Below, piece by piece: positions 38,092-46,513 of a DNA stretch of 64,000 nucleotides. The notes beneath the pieces are model-generated. The model searched no databases and had not been told where the DNA came from. It saw only the letters and a list, made by a program, of their open reading frames with translations. Positions within the stretch are counted from its first letter, which is position 1; the number at the start of each line of letters is the position of its first letter. The DNA is taken from contig CAYQSI010000010.1 of NCBI GenBank assembly GCA_964420185.1, positions 4,456 to 68,455 of the forward strand. Direction: 5' to 3'. Both the position numbers and the translations under genes were made by a program. Source of the DNA: an uncultured Terracidiphilus sp. (GTDB lineage Bacteria; Acidobacteriota; Terriglobia; Terriglobales; Acidobacteriaceae).

Positions 38092-38961
38092 TTGGCGGTT
38101 CTGGCGGTGCAGCATATCCGGCGGATGCGGGGCGGCGCGCAGGGCCAGTTGATGCTGGGCGCGGATGGCCACGTCTACGTGGTGAAGTTTCAGAACAACC
38201 CGCAGCATATCCGGGTGCTGGCCAACGAGTTTTTGGCCTCGCGGCTTGCGGCGGCTGCCGGACTGACGGCGCCGGAAGTGGAATTGGTGGAGGTTTCGAG
38301 CTGGCTGGTGGAGAATACGCCGGAGCTGGAGATAGATCTGGGCAGAAGCCGGGTGCGCTGCCATGCGGGCTTGCAGTTTGGATCGCGGTTTGTGGGTGGT
38401 CTGATGCCGGGGCAGGTGGTGGATTATTTGCCCGAGGAACAGATGGCCGAGGTAAGGAACCTGGGTGAGTTTGCCGGCATCCTGGCGCTAGACAAGTGGA
38501 CGGGAAATGCCAACGGACGGCAGGCGGTCTTTGCGCGCAAACAGCGGGAGCGGCGCTACCGGGCGGTCTTCATCGACTACGGGTATTGCTTTCACGCCGG
38601 AGACTGGACGCTCGAGGATCTTCCGCTGCGCGGGGTCTACTATCGCAACGATGTTTACCGGGGGATTACTGGATGGGAGTCGTTTGAGCCGTGGCTGACA
38701 CGGCTGGAGACGATGGCGGCGGAGACGGTGTGGGCGGCGGCGAATGAAGTTCCTCCGGAGTGGTATGGCGGCGACCTGAGCGAGATGGAGGCGCTGGTGG
38801 AAAAACTGCTGGCGCGACGGAGCCGGATTCGGGAGCTGATTGAAGGCTTCGGAAGGTCGGATCGGAAGCCATTTCCAAAATGGGTGGGGATGGGAAAGAA
38901 AATCGGGGATGAGGGTTGGCAGGATGCAAGGTGGGGTAGCATCGAAGGAAGAGTGATGTAG
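38092..38961 (+). CDS. HipA-like (Ser/Thr kinase fold) protein
   Basis: 289 aa (TTG start in the ORF track; the exact start is uncertain). Has 'GGAQGQLMLGADGHVYVVKFQNNPQHIRVLANEFLASRLA', the catalytic-loop-like 'LALDKWTGNANGRQ' and the metal-binding-like 'VFIDYGYCF'. Confidence 0.7.
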   Translation: MAVLAVQHIRRMRGGAQGQLMLGADGHVYVVKFQNNPQHIRVLANEFLASRLAAAAGLTAPEVELVEVSSWLVENTPELEIDLGRSRVRCHAGLQFGSRFVGGLMPGQVVDYLPEEQMAEVRNLGEFAGILALDKWTGNANGRQAVFARKQRERRYRAVFIDYGYCFHAGDWTLEDLPLRGVYYRNDVYRGITGWESFEPWLTRLETMAAETVWAAANEVPPEWYGGDLSEMEALVEKLLARRSRIRELIEGFGRSDRKPFPKWVGMGKKIGDEGWQDARWGSIEGRVM

Positions 38962-38978
38962 AAGGGGCGAAAGCCAGC

Positions 38979-39815
38979 ATGAATGGTGGGAATGAGCGGC
39001 GGGCATGCGAGTTTCAACTGCTCCGGTATGTGCCGGACGCGGTAAGGAACGAGTATGTGCATATCGGGGTGATCCTGCGTGAGCAGGGTAGCCGGGAGCC
39101 GGCGCAGGTGCAGTTTACCCGCGACTGGCGCCGTGTGCGCTGCCTGGATCCGGATGCCGACACCGCGCTGCTGGAAGGGATGGAGAGCGAACTGCGGAAG
39201 CGCTTCCAGGAAGAGCCCGATGGGAAGTTGATGCGGCTGCTTTCCGAAGCACTCTCATTGAATGTGCAGATGACGGAACCCAAGGCTTATCTGGCGGAGA
39301 GCCTTCCGGCGGGAATGGAAGAGTTGATGCGGCTTTATGTGGAGCCGCCACCCAGAGCGCGCGTCTCGCGGTTGAGCGGACGGGCGGCAATCCAGGCGAA
39401 GATGCGGACAGAGTTCGAGCGGGCTGGGGTATGGGATTTGCTGAGGAAGAAGATCGCGGCCTCGGAGTACACGCGGCCGGGAGACCCGCTGCGGATCGAC
39501 GTGGGGTACAGGCCGAATGGGGTAATCCGGATGTTTCATGCGGTGAGTCTGGAACCGGGCGTGGAGATGGCCAAGGTGCTGGCCTTTTCTTCGGCGGGAC
39601 TGAGGGCCGGCGTGGAGCGGGTGGAGAAGGCACAACTGGAGCTGACCGCGGTGATTGAGCCCGCGGCAAAGCTGGGAGCGACAGACGAAGAGCCGGAACG
39701 GCTGGAGATGTACCGGTTTGGCGTGGAGACGATGGAAGAGCACCAGATTCGGGTGCTGACGACGTCGGACCTGGGCCGGGTGGCGGAGACTGCACGGCGG
39801 GAACTGCGGGTGTGA
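38979..39815 (+). CDS. DUF3037 domain protein
   Basis: 278 aa. The N-terminal 'FQLLRYVPDAVRNEYVHIGVILRE' matches the DUF3037 signature as I remember it (Y.v.R.vP...reEf.NvGvil). Lies 17 nt after the kinase gene. Confidence 0.7.
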   Translation: MNGGNERRACEFQLLRYVPDAVRNEYVHIGVILREQGSREPAQVQFTRDWRRVRCLDPDADTALLEGMESELRKRFQEEPDGKLMRLLSEALSLNVQMTEPKAYLAESLPAGMEELMRLYVEPPPRARVSRLSGRAAIQAKMRTEFERAGVWDLLRKKIAASEYTRPGDPLRIDVGYRPNGVIRMFHAVSLEPGVEMAKVLAFSSAGLRAGVERVEKAQLELTAVIEPAAKLGATDEEPERLEMYRFGVETMEEHQIRVLTTSDLGRVAETARRELRV

Positions 39816-40044
39816 GGGCGAGCTGAAAGCTCGCCAGTTGACAGCTAACAGCTTACAGTTGACAGCTTTCAGTACCCAGTGATTGGCAGCAAAATATTAC
39901 AGAATGGATTGCAGATAGTTTCTGGTGTTTGCGGTAGGATAGGTTTTGTGAGTTAGAAATTTCCAGCTAAAGGATGATAACTACCAGCTTTAGCTGATGG
40001 CTCAAAACTGATAACTGTTAGCTGATAGCTGTCAGCTAGAAAAA

Positions 40045-40081
40045 GGCATGGCCCTTTCCGGGGCTGTGCCTTTTTGTTTTT
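40045..40081 (+). terminator. Intrinsic terminator closing the kinase/DUF3037 unit
   Basis: A 10-bp stem, GGCATGGCCC (40045-40054) paired with GGGCTGTGCC (40061-40070), with two G-U pairs and a 6-nt loop. It is followed by 'tttttgttttt' and preceded by an A-run. Confidence 0.65.
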
Positions 40082-40104
40082 GGGGCGGAAAAAGGAAGGT
40101 GCAC

Positions 40105-41385
40105 GTGAAGGTAGGAGAGCAGTTGCGGGAGATCTGGCGGCAGGCGACGGGGAGTGGCCGTAGGGCGGATTTAGCGGCGGGCGCGGCCGATGCGGAGGCG
40201 GAGCGAAAGACGCTGGCGCTTCCTGCGATCTTGAGTCCGGTCCAGTTTCCGGGGCAACTCTTGCCCAAGCCGACACCGATGAATCTGCGCCGGTTTGCGG
40301 AGACGCCGGTGGTGCGCCGGGCGATCAATGTGATCAAGGATCGCATTGCGGCGATGGACTGGCAGGTGAGAGTGCGGCGCGGAGTGCGGCCGGTAGATTT
40401 GGCCTTTGCGGAGCGCAAGTTGCGGGCGCTGCGCAGGACACTGGAAGAGCCGAACGCCGTGGACAGCTTTCGGACCCTGATAGAACAGGTGATCGAAGAC
40501 GCGCTAACGGGCGGATACGGGGCGATCGAGATGGAGCCGACCGGGGACGGAGAGCGTCCGGCGATGCTATGGGCTGTGGATGGGGCGTCGATCCGGATCA
40601 ACCCCAGGTGGGATGGGCAGCCGGAGACGCCACGCTACGCGCAGGCGCTGCCGGGGCAACTGGAGTCGAGCGCTATCGATTTGCGCGACGACCAACTGAT
40701 GTATGTGCGGATGAATCCGCGCAGCTTTACGCCCTTTGGACTGGGACCGCTGGAAGTGGCTTTCGAGACGGTGAATCAGTTTTTGAGCGCGCACCGGTTT
40801 GCGGGCAAGCTGGCGGCCAACACCGTGGCGCAATATGCGCTGTGGCTGAACGAGGCGACGCCCACGCAGCACGACCGTCTGATCCGCTGGTGGCAGGACG
40901 AGATCGAGGGAACGGGCCGCGTGCCACTGATTTCGACCGAGCAGAAGCCGGAGGTGTTGCGGTTTGCGCAAGGGACGGATGCGGATATGCGGCTGGCCTG
41001 GCAGGAGTTTCTGATCCGGATGGTGGCCAATGCTTTTGGGCTGCCGCCGCTACTGCTGGGGCTGGAGGCAGATGTCAACCAGTCAACCGCATCGGAGATG
41101 AACGACGAGGCCTTCCGCGGGGCGATCTCGCCGCTGGCGATGTTACTGGCCGGGCACATTACGCGAGACCTTTTCGGCAAGTGCATAGGATGGCGGGAGT
41201 TTGAGTTTGTCTTCAACGAGCTGAATGCGAGAGACGAGGAGACAGAGTTGGCGGTGCAGGTACAACTGCTGAAGGCCAATGTATTGACGGTGAACGAGGT
41301 GCGGGCGATGCGAGGGCTGGGACCGCTGGGGCAGGATGGAGCGGTGCAGTTGACAGGGGAAGCGGCAGCGGAGCAGGCGGGCTAG
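40105..41385 (+). CDS. Phage portal protein
   Basis: The ORF 40048-41385 is trimmed to the GTG after the AAGGAAGG site because the ORF's 5' end covers the terminator. The size, the position after terL, and an alpha/beta portal-like sequence ('FAETPVVRRAINVIKDRIAAMDW', 'WWQDEIEGTGRVPLIS') support the call. Confidence 0.7.
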   Translation: MKVGEQLREIWRQATGSGRRADLAAGAADAEAERKTLALPAILSPVQFPGQLLPKPTPMNLRRFAETPVVRRAINVIKDRIAAMDWQVRVRRGVRPVDLAFAERKLRALRRTLEEPNAVDSFRTLIEQVIEDALTGGYGAIEMEPTGDGERPAMLWAVDGASIRINPRWDGQPETPRYAQALPGQLESSAIDLRDDQLMYVRMNPRSFTPFGLGPLEVAFETVNQFLSAHRFAGKLAANTVAQYALWLNEATPTQHDRLIRWWQDEIEGTGRVPLISTEQKPEVLRFAQGTDADMRLAWQEFLIRMVANAFGLPPLLLGLEADVNQSTASEMNDEAFRGAISPLAMLLAGHITRDLFGKCIGWREFEFVFNELNARDEETELAVQVQLLKANVLTVNEVRAMRGLGPLGQDGAVQLTGEAAAEQAG

Positions 41386-41495
41386 AGCATTGTAAATCTG
41401 TAATGCCAGAGTCGTGGTATCCCACCCTTGCCGCAAGAACAAAAACGCGGCAAGGATGGGGCACCCAGGACCTTACACGATCCCTAGAAATGCTC
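41385..41495. mobile_element. Family-A MITE, full copy (111 bp)
   Basis: TIRs 'gagcatt..'/'..aaatgctc'. The core hairpin is 'ccttgccgc-aagaacaaaaac-gcggcaagg', followed by 'atggggcacccagg'. The first base overlaps the portal stop codon. Confidence 0.85.
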
Positions 41496-41502
41496 GAGTG
41501 AA

Positions 41503-42030
41503 TTGCAAAAGCAGATGGGCGGAGAGCGCATGAGACTGGAAGCGATGGCGGTGAAGATTCCCCATGTAGACGGGCACCCGAACCGGGTGGCGTTCGAAGG
41601 GGTATTGACGATGGTGAATGCAGCCAGCGACAAGGCGCCGGCGGGGGCGCGCGGACATCGAGTGATGCTGACGCGCGAGGCGGCGGAGCAAGCGCTGCCT
41701 TCGCTGTTGGGCATGGCGGTGGACTACCGGCCGGGGTGGGACGGTCACGATGCGCGACGCAAGATCGGCTTGTTGACCGAGGCGAATCTGGTCGGGCAGC
41801 GGCTGGTGGTGCGCGGATATCTGTATGCGCGGGATTTTCCCGAGGTGGCCGGGGCTATCCAGGCGCAATCGCCCGAGGCGATGGGTATGAGTTATGAATT
41901 GGCCGACGCGCGGGTGGAAGATATGCGGGCCGAGGTGTGGAAGCTGACCCGCGTGACCTTTACGGGAGCGGCAATTCTGCTCAGGGACAAGGCTGCTTAC
42001 CGGGCCACCAGCTTTCGCATGGCGAGTTAG
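41503..42030 (+). CDS. Prohead (maturation) protease, HK97/S78-like
   Basis: 175 aa between portal and scaffold. The pattern 'GHDARRKIGLLTEANLVGQRLVVRGYLY...EAMGMSYEL' resembles the S78 His...Ser blocks. Confidence 0.55.
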   Translation: MQKQMGGERMRLEAMAVKIPHVDGHPNRVAFEGVLTMVNAASDKAPAGARGHRVMLTREAAEQALPSLLGMAVDYRPGWDGHDARRKIGLLTEANLVGQRLVVRGYLYARDFPEVAGAIQAQSPEAMGMSYELADARVEDMRAEVWKLTRVTFTGAAILLRDKAAYRATSFRMAS

Positions 42031-42107
42031 CGGGCGGCGAGTCAGCAGGTCAGCAAAGAGGCTCCGCTTTGCGGAGCCTCTTTTGTCGGCGAGTTAGCAA
42101 GTTAGCG
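42022..42107 (+). repeat. GTTAGC/GTCAGC element with a long terminator-type hairpin
   Basis: 'gcgagttagcgggcggcgagtcagcaggtcagc-aaagaggctccgctttgcggagcctcttt-tgtcggcgagttagcaagttagc'. The protease stop codon TAG (42028-42030) lies inside the first repeat word. Confidence 0.8.
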
Positions 42108-42149
42108 CGGCTTGCGCACGATATTCACGGCACAAAAGAAAGGAATGGC

Positions 42150-42548
42150 ATGGAAAAGGATGAGAAAGAGATAGCGGAGCGGCTGGAAGCCGCAACGACC
42201 CTGTTGGAACGGACGCTGAGCTGGCTTGAGGAGCGGCAAGGCGCTTTAACCGGCGAAGTGGAGAAGATTTCGGCGACTGTCGAGCAGAGCAGGCGAGAGG
42301 CGGATCTGGCGGAAAAGCTGGCCGCAGCCGAACGGGAGTTGGTGGAGTTGAAGGCAGGGGCTGCGCAAAATGTGTTGAGCCCGCTGCGCAGGACGCTGCC
42401 CTCGACAACCAGCGAGATGCTGGCCAAGCACGGAATTGGCGAGGGCCCGGTGGACGTGCGGACCCTGGACGCGGCGCTGGCCGGACTAAGCCTGGAACAG
42501 CGGATTGCTGTCAAGAGCCAACTGCTGCGGGCAGGCGCGATCGCGTAA
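42150..42548 (+). CDS. Putative scaffolding protein (coiled coil)
   Basis: ATG at 42150. 132 aa, rich in Glu, Leu and Ala heptads ('EKDEKEIAERLEAATTLLERTLSWLEERQG..'). It sits immediately upstream of the capsid gene. Confidence 0.45.
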   Translation: MEKDEKEIAERLEAATTLLERTLSWLEERQGALTGEVEKISATVEQSRREADLAEKLAAAERELVELKAGAAQNVLSPLRRTLPSTTSEMLAKHGIGEGPVDVRTLDAALAGLSLEQRIAVKSQLLRAGAIA

Positions 42549-42620
42549 AAGCAGCTTTCAGCGAATAGCTCACAGCTAACAGCAGACCGGTAACAAGCGG
42601 CCTCCTTCTCGTGGCTGCAA

Positions 42621-42735
42621 GAGCATTTTTAATGTTTCTGTAATGCCAGAGTCGTGGTATCCCACCCTTGCCGCAAGAACAAAAACGCGGCAAGGATGGT
42701 GCACCCGAGACCTTACACGATCTCAAGAAATGCTC
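42621..42735. mobile_element. Family-A MITE, full copy (115 bp)
   Basis: 'gagcatttttaatgtttctgtaatgccagagtcgtggtatcccacccttgccgcaagaacaaaaacgcggcaaggatggtgcacccgagaccttacacgatctcaagaaatgctc'. Confidence 0.85.
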
Positions 42736-42798
42736 TAACTGATTACTGATAGCTGTCAACCGGAGTACGACTGGCCCCATGGAGGGGGCGAAAAGCCT

Positions 42799-43767
42799 AT
42801 GAACGCAAACTTTGCAGACATTCACGCGGCAGCAGATTATATCGGGCCGGGCGCTATCGAAGTTCCGTTGTATCAGACCGAGATTTTCGACATCTGCCGC
42901 CGTTCGAGTCCCTTCGGACAGCGCATCAAGCAGGTTCCGGCAACGGGACATCCGTCGCGCTTCTTCGAGGAGACGGCGATTCCGAATCCAGGGACGGCCG
43001 GCTTTATGAATCCGCGCGCCATTGTGCCCGCGGTTGTAAGTCCGACACGGGTGGAGCGGAGCGTGCCGCTGAAGGCAATCGTCTCGCAGATCAATTACAA
43101 CCTCTTCGACATCGAGCTGGGCGATCAGCAGAAGCAGTTTGCCTATCTGCAAGCCAAGGACCTGGTGGACACAGTGAGCGGCGTGATGGTAGCGCACGAC
43201 GTGGCTCTGTGGAACGGCAACGACACCAGCCTGAGCACGCCGACGACCACGCAGTACATGGGCGCTATTCCGCAGATTGTTGCGGGCGGATTGACGACGA
43301 CCATCGGCACGACGGCATCGATTGTGGACGGGCTGAAATCGGCGGTAGCGCAGATGGTGGCCAACAACGGCTACTATGTTCGGCCCACGGCGATTTACGC
43401 CAACCCGGTGCTTCTGGATCTGATCGACCGGGAGATGAAGACCGAGTTCAATGTGGTGCTGAACACAGACAACATCACGGGCGGAATCCGGGTGAAGATG
43501 CTCTCGACGCAGGCGGGCGATCTGCCGCTGATTCCGGATTGGAGCTTGAGTTACACAGGCACGCCGGGCTCGGGAACAGCGGTCCTGCCGGCCTACATTG
43601 TGACCGAGGATCTGATCGAGTATCACTGGCTCGGCGATCCGGCGCCGCGTGTCTTCCAACTGGGGTTGCCCAACTCACTGGCTTACCAGTATGTTGCGGT
43701 GAAGTTTGGCGCCGTGGTGGTGAAGGGCGCTAACTACGCGCACTACCAGGTGCTGGTAGACAGGTAA
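42799..43767 (+). CDS. Major capsid protein (HK97-fold size class)
   Basis: 322 aa, following protease and scaffold. The composition is typical of coat proteins. No delta domain, which fits a separate scaffold. Confidence 0.7.
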   Translation: MNANFADIHAAADYIGPGAIEVPLYQTEIFDICRRSSPFGQRIKQVPATGHPSRFFEETAIPNPGTAGFMNPRAIVPAVVSPTRVERSVPLKAIVSQINYNLFDIELGDQQKQFAYLQAKDLVDTVSGVMVAHDVALWNGNDTSLSTPTTTQYMGAIPQIVAGGLTTTIGTTASIVDGLKSAVAQMVANNGYYVRPTAIYANPVLLDLIDREMKTEFNVVLNTDNITGGIRVKMLSTQAGDLPLIPDWSLSYTGTPGSGTAVLPAYIVTEDLIEYHWLGDPAPRVFQLGLPNSLAYQYVAVKFGAVVVKGANYAHYQVLVDR

Positions 43768-43874
43768 ACAAAAGCAGTGATCAGTGAACAGTGGTCAGTG
43801 AAAAGTAACACTGACCTCTGTTCACTGCGCGCTGCCATTTTTTCTGACGACTGACGACTGAAAGAAGGGACCTC

Positions 43875-44498
43875 ATGGCATATCTGCAGCCAGCGGATTA
43901 CCCGAATTATGGATTGCCGGCGGGAACGACGGTGGACTGGATTACGGCCGCCACGGCATTGATTAACAGCTACTGCAGGCGGCCGGACCTGAACGTGATT
44001 CAGTACACGGAGCGGTTGCGGCTGACCAGCGGATCGCAGGCGGTGTTATTGAGTTATCTGCCGCTGGCGCCTCTGGGAACGGCGACAACGCCGATTGTGA
44101 GCATCGAGGGCAGGTATGCAAGGCCGCGGCGGGGAGAGCTTCCGAACGAACCGTTGATGGAGATTGCGATGGCGTTCTCGCTGCCTGGGCAGTGGACGGC
44201 GATTGATCCTGGCTCGGTGGACTTTGACCCCAACACGGGGGAGCTGATGCTGCCGTGGAATGTGCTGGGACTGCCGTACAACGAGGTGGCGGTGACTTAC
44301 ACGGCTGGATTGACGACGATTGGCGACGACGTGAAGACGGCATGCGCGCAGATTGTGCGGAATGCGCAGTCAACGCCGGCGCTGAATGCAAGCAAGACCA
44401 AGATCGACACGATGCAGATGCAGTATTTTTCGAGTTCGCTGGTGGACGAAACGGTGCAGGCCTGGCTGCGTCCCTACATAGCGAACAGGCTGGGGTGA
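43875..44498 (+). CDS. Hypothetical phage protein, possibly head-tail adaptor
   Basis: 207 aa. The call rests on position after the capsid gene. The N-terminal 'LQPADY..YGLPAGTTVDWITAATALINSYCRR' resembles gp6-like connector openings. Confidence 0.4.
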   Translation: MAYLQPADYPNYGLPAGTTVDWITAATALINSYCRRPDLNVIQYTERLRLTSGSQAVLLSYLPLAPLGTATTPIVSIEGRYARPRRGELPNEPLMEIAMAFSLPGQWTAIDPGSVDFDPNTGELMLPWNVLGLPYNEVAVTYTAGLTTIGDDVKTACAQIVRNAQSTPALNASKTKIDTMQMQYFSSSLVDETVQAWLRPYIANRLG

Positions 44499-44501
44499 GC
44501 G

Positions 44502-44936
44502 ATGAGCGATACGGCGGCGCGCAACCCTGTGGGAGCGCCGCGGATGCTGGCCGATGCCTTGCTGCGAAGCATGACAGGAACGACGGCCCTTCTGCGGGTA
44601 ACGGGAGCGAATGCGAATAGCAGCCAGTCCGAGGTGGGGCTGGTGGCAACGACCTTTTCCGAAGTGGTCATAAGCCCGGTGGTGATGCGCAAGTTGCGTC
44701 CCGCCTGGCAGGAGGCCGGCGAGTCAAAGTCGGAGTTACTGGTTTCAGCGAGTGGGGTGGAGCAGCAGGTGAGCGCGCTTGATCTTGCATCGGCCCAGTC
44801 TCTCTTTGCGATGACTCTGGCGGTTACGGTGGCGGGACAGGATTACCTGATTGAGTCTGTTGCCGCAAACGAAGCCTTCGGTCAGGTGTATCTCTACCGG
44901 TTACTGTTGCGGGAAGCAAGGCAGCAGGCAGTGTAA
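44502..44936 (+). CDS. Hypothetical phage structural protein
   Basis: 144 aa. The start lies 3 nt after the previous stop, on the same strand. Confidence 0.45.
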   Translation: MSDTAARNPVGAPRMLADALLRSMTGTTALLRVTGANANSSQSEVGLVATTFSEVVISPVVMRKLRPAWQEAGESKSELLVSASGVEQQVSALDLASAQSLFAMTLAVTVAGQDYLIESVAANEAFGQVYLYRLLLREARQQAV

Positions 44937-45026
44937 AGACAGTGGTCAGGGGACAGTGCTCAGTTCAAGGCAGACGGCCGTCAGAGGCATAAAGCTGTAC
45001 GCGCGAGGCACGAGGAGTTGTACTCC

Positions 45027-45512
45027 ATGCAAAATGCGAAAGATTCGTTTTATATGACACTGCGCACGCGGCTGGCGGTGGTCAATCCGGAACGGACGAT
45101 CCTGCTGCGCGGAGCAGTGCGGCCAGGGATTTTGGCGGAGGAAGCCGAAGCTCCCTTCAGCCAACTTCCCAGCGATGTGTTCATTCTGCGCTGGACAGGT
45201 CTGGGCGTCGATTTTGATCTCGGGTCCACGATGGTGGCCGAGCAGTGCGAGATTCTCTATCAGACGTGCGGAACGCAAAGCTTTGGCGGGCTGGACCGCG
45301 GCCGGACGCTGAGCGAGATGGACGAGGAACTGGCAGCGATGGTGCAGCCTTTCTACACACCCAAACTGAATTACACGGCAACGCCGCCAGCATCGATGCT
45401 GACGAAGGTGTTCTGGGATGAGCCGGAATTTGCGCCGGCCGTAGTCCAGCGGGACCGGCTGAGCCGTTCCGCAAGTGTGATGGTTTACAGCTACCAGGAG
45501 AAGGGGGAGTAA
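45027..45512 (+). CDS. Hypothetical phage structural protein
   Basis: ATG at 45027 lies 9 nt after GAGGAG (the ORF track starts at TTG 45018). Confidence 0.45.
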   Translation: MQNAKDSFYMTLRTRLAVVNPERTILLRGAVRPGILAEEAEAPFSQLPSDVFILRWTGLGVDFDLGSTMVAEQCEILYQTCGTQSFGGLDRGRTLSEMDEELAAMVQPFYTPKLNYTATPPASMLTKVFWDEPEFAPAVVQRDRLSRSASVMVYSYQEKGE

Positions 45513-46487
45513 ATGGCGGCGAATTGGATTTCGGCTCCCGCCCCGGTGTCGCGGCGGGGTCGAGGGTATTTTGCGCCGGTGAACCGGACGGCGCAGACGC
45601 CAGTGCTCTTCGATCCAGCGGAGCAGGGCACATTCAGCCTGGACGCTCCGCCGGCTCCGTGGATCAGCCTGGGTTGGATTCAAGAGTTCACACGCAAGCC
45701 GGGAAGCAAGACCGCCGCAGTATTGACGGGCATTCCCGCAGGGACTCTGGAGCAGGTACGCGAAACGCTCGAGGCGCAGGTGAGCTTCGAATTTTTGAGC
45801 TGGACAAAGCTGACCATGGCTCTAGCCACAGGCTCTCAGCACATGAACCTGCTGGCTCCCGCAAGCGGGGCTGGCCCAGCCGCGGATGGCGCTCAGGCGG
45901 CTTCCGCAGTAACGGCGCAAAGCGGATCGACAGCTACATTCATAGCGCTGGCCGCGACCGACGCCGCAAAATTCTTGCCGGGCTCGATCATCGCATTGGA
46001 CACGGATTATGTGGGACAGACGGGCTTTGTGGGCGCACCCATATCGGGAGCGTATGTGCGGCAGGCACTTACCGATGTGGATTACATCCGGCGCGTGACC
46101 TTCAACGTCGCGTTGGTGTCCCAGGTCAACTCTACCGGGTTGACACTCGCCGGGCCGTTGCCGGGCGGCGCTCCGGCGGCAGGTTCCAAGTTGCAGGCGG
46201 TCACTGGGTTTGTGGATCGCGAAGGTGGAAGTTTCTATCAGGAGTGGTCGGCGCTGTTTGTCATGGAAGGCAGCCAGGGGGAACGGATCTTCTTCCACTA
46301 TCCACGCCTGCAGACGATTGCCAGCGCACAAGAAGCCGCATTGCCGTTGGACGGAAAGAATAAGAACGGGTTGGCCCGGGTGTTGCTCAAAGGCCAGTTT
46401 CTGGCGCTGCCCGTAACCGATCCGCTGGATGGGGAACGGGTTATCTGTTACCGGAGCTTCTTGCCGGCGGCCAATGCACTGGTGTAA
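45513..46487 (+). CDS. Hypothetical phage protein, possibly a tail component
   Basis: 324 aa. The ATG abuts the previous stop (TAAATG). Family not recognised. Confidence 0.45.
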   Translation: MAANWISAPAPVSRRGRGYFAPVNRTAQTPVLFDPAEQGTFSLDAPPAPWISLGWIQEFTRKPGSKTAAVLTGIPAGTLEQVRETLEAQVSFEFLSWTKLTMALATGSQHMNLLAPASGAGPAADGAQAASAVTAQSGSTATFIALAATDAAKFLPGSIIALDTDYVGQTGFVGAPISGAYVRQALTDVDYIRRVTFNVALVSQVNSTGLTLAGPLPGGAPAAGSKLQAVTGFVDREGGSFYQEWSALFVMEGSQGERIFFHYPRLQTIASAQEAALPLDGKNKNGLARVLLKGQFLALPVTDPLDGERVICYRSFLPAANALV

Positions 46488-46513
46488 GCGAGTTAGTAAG
46501 TCAGCGAGTCAAG
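46488..46513. repeat. Short 8-nt-periodic GTTAG/GTCAG word array
   Basis: 'gcgagttagtaagtcagcgagtcaag' fills the whole spacer between two phage genes. Confidence 0.7.
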
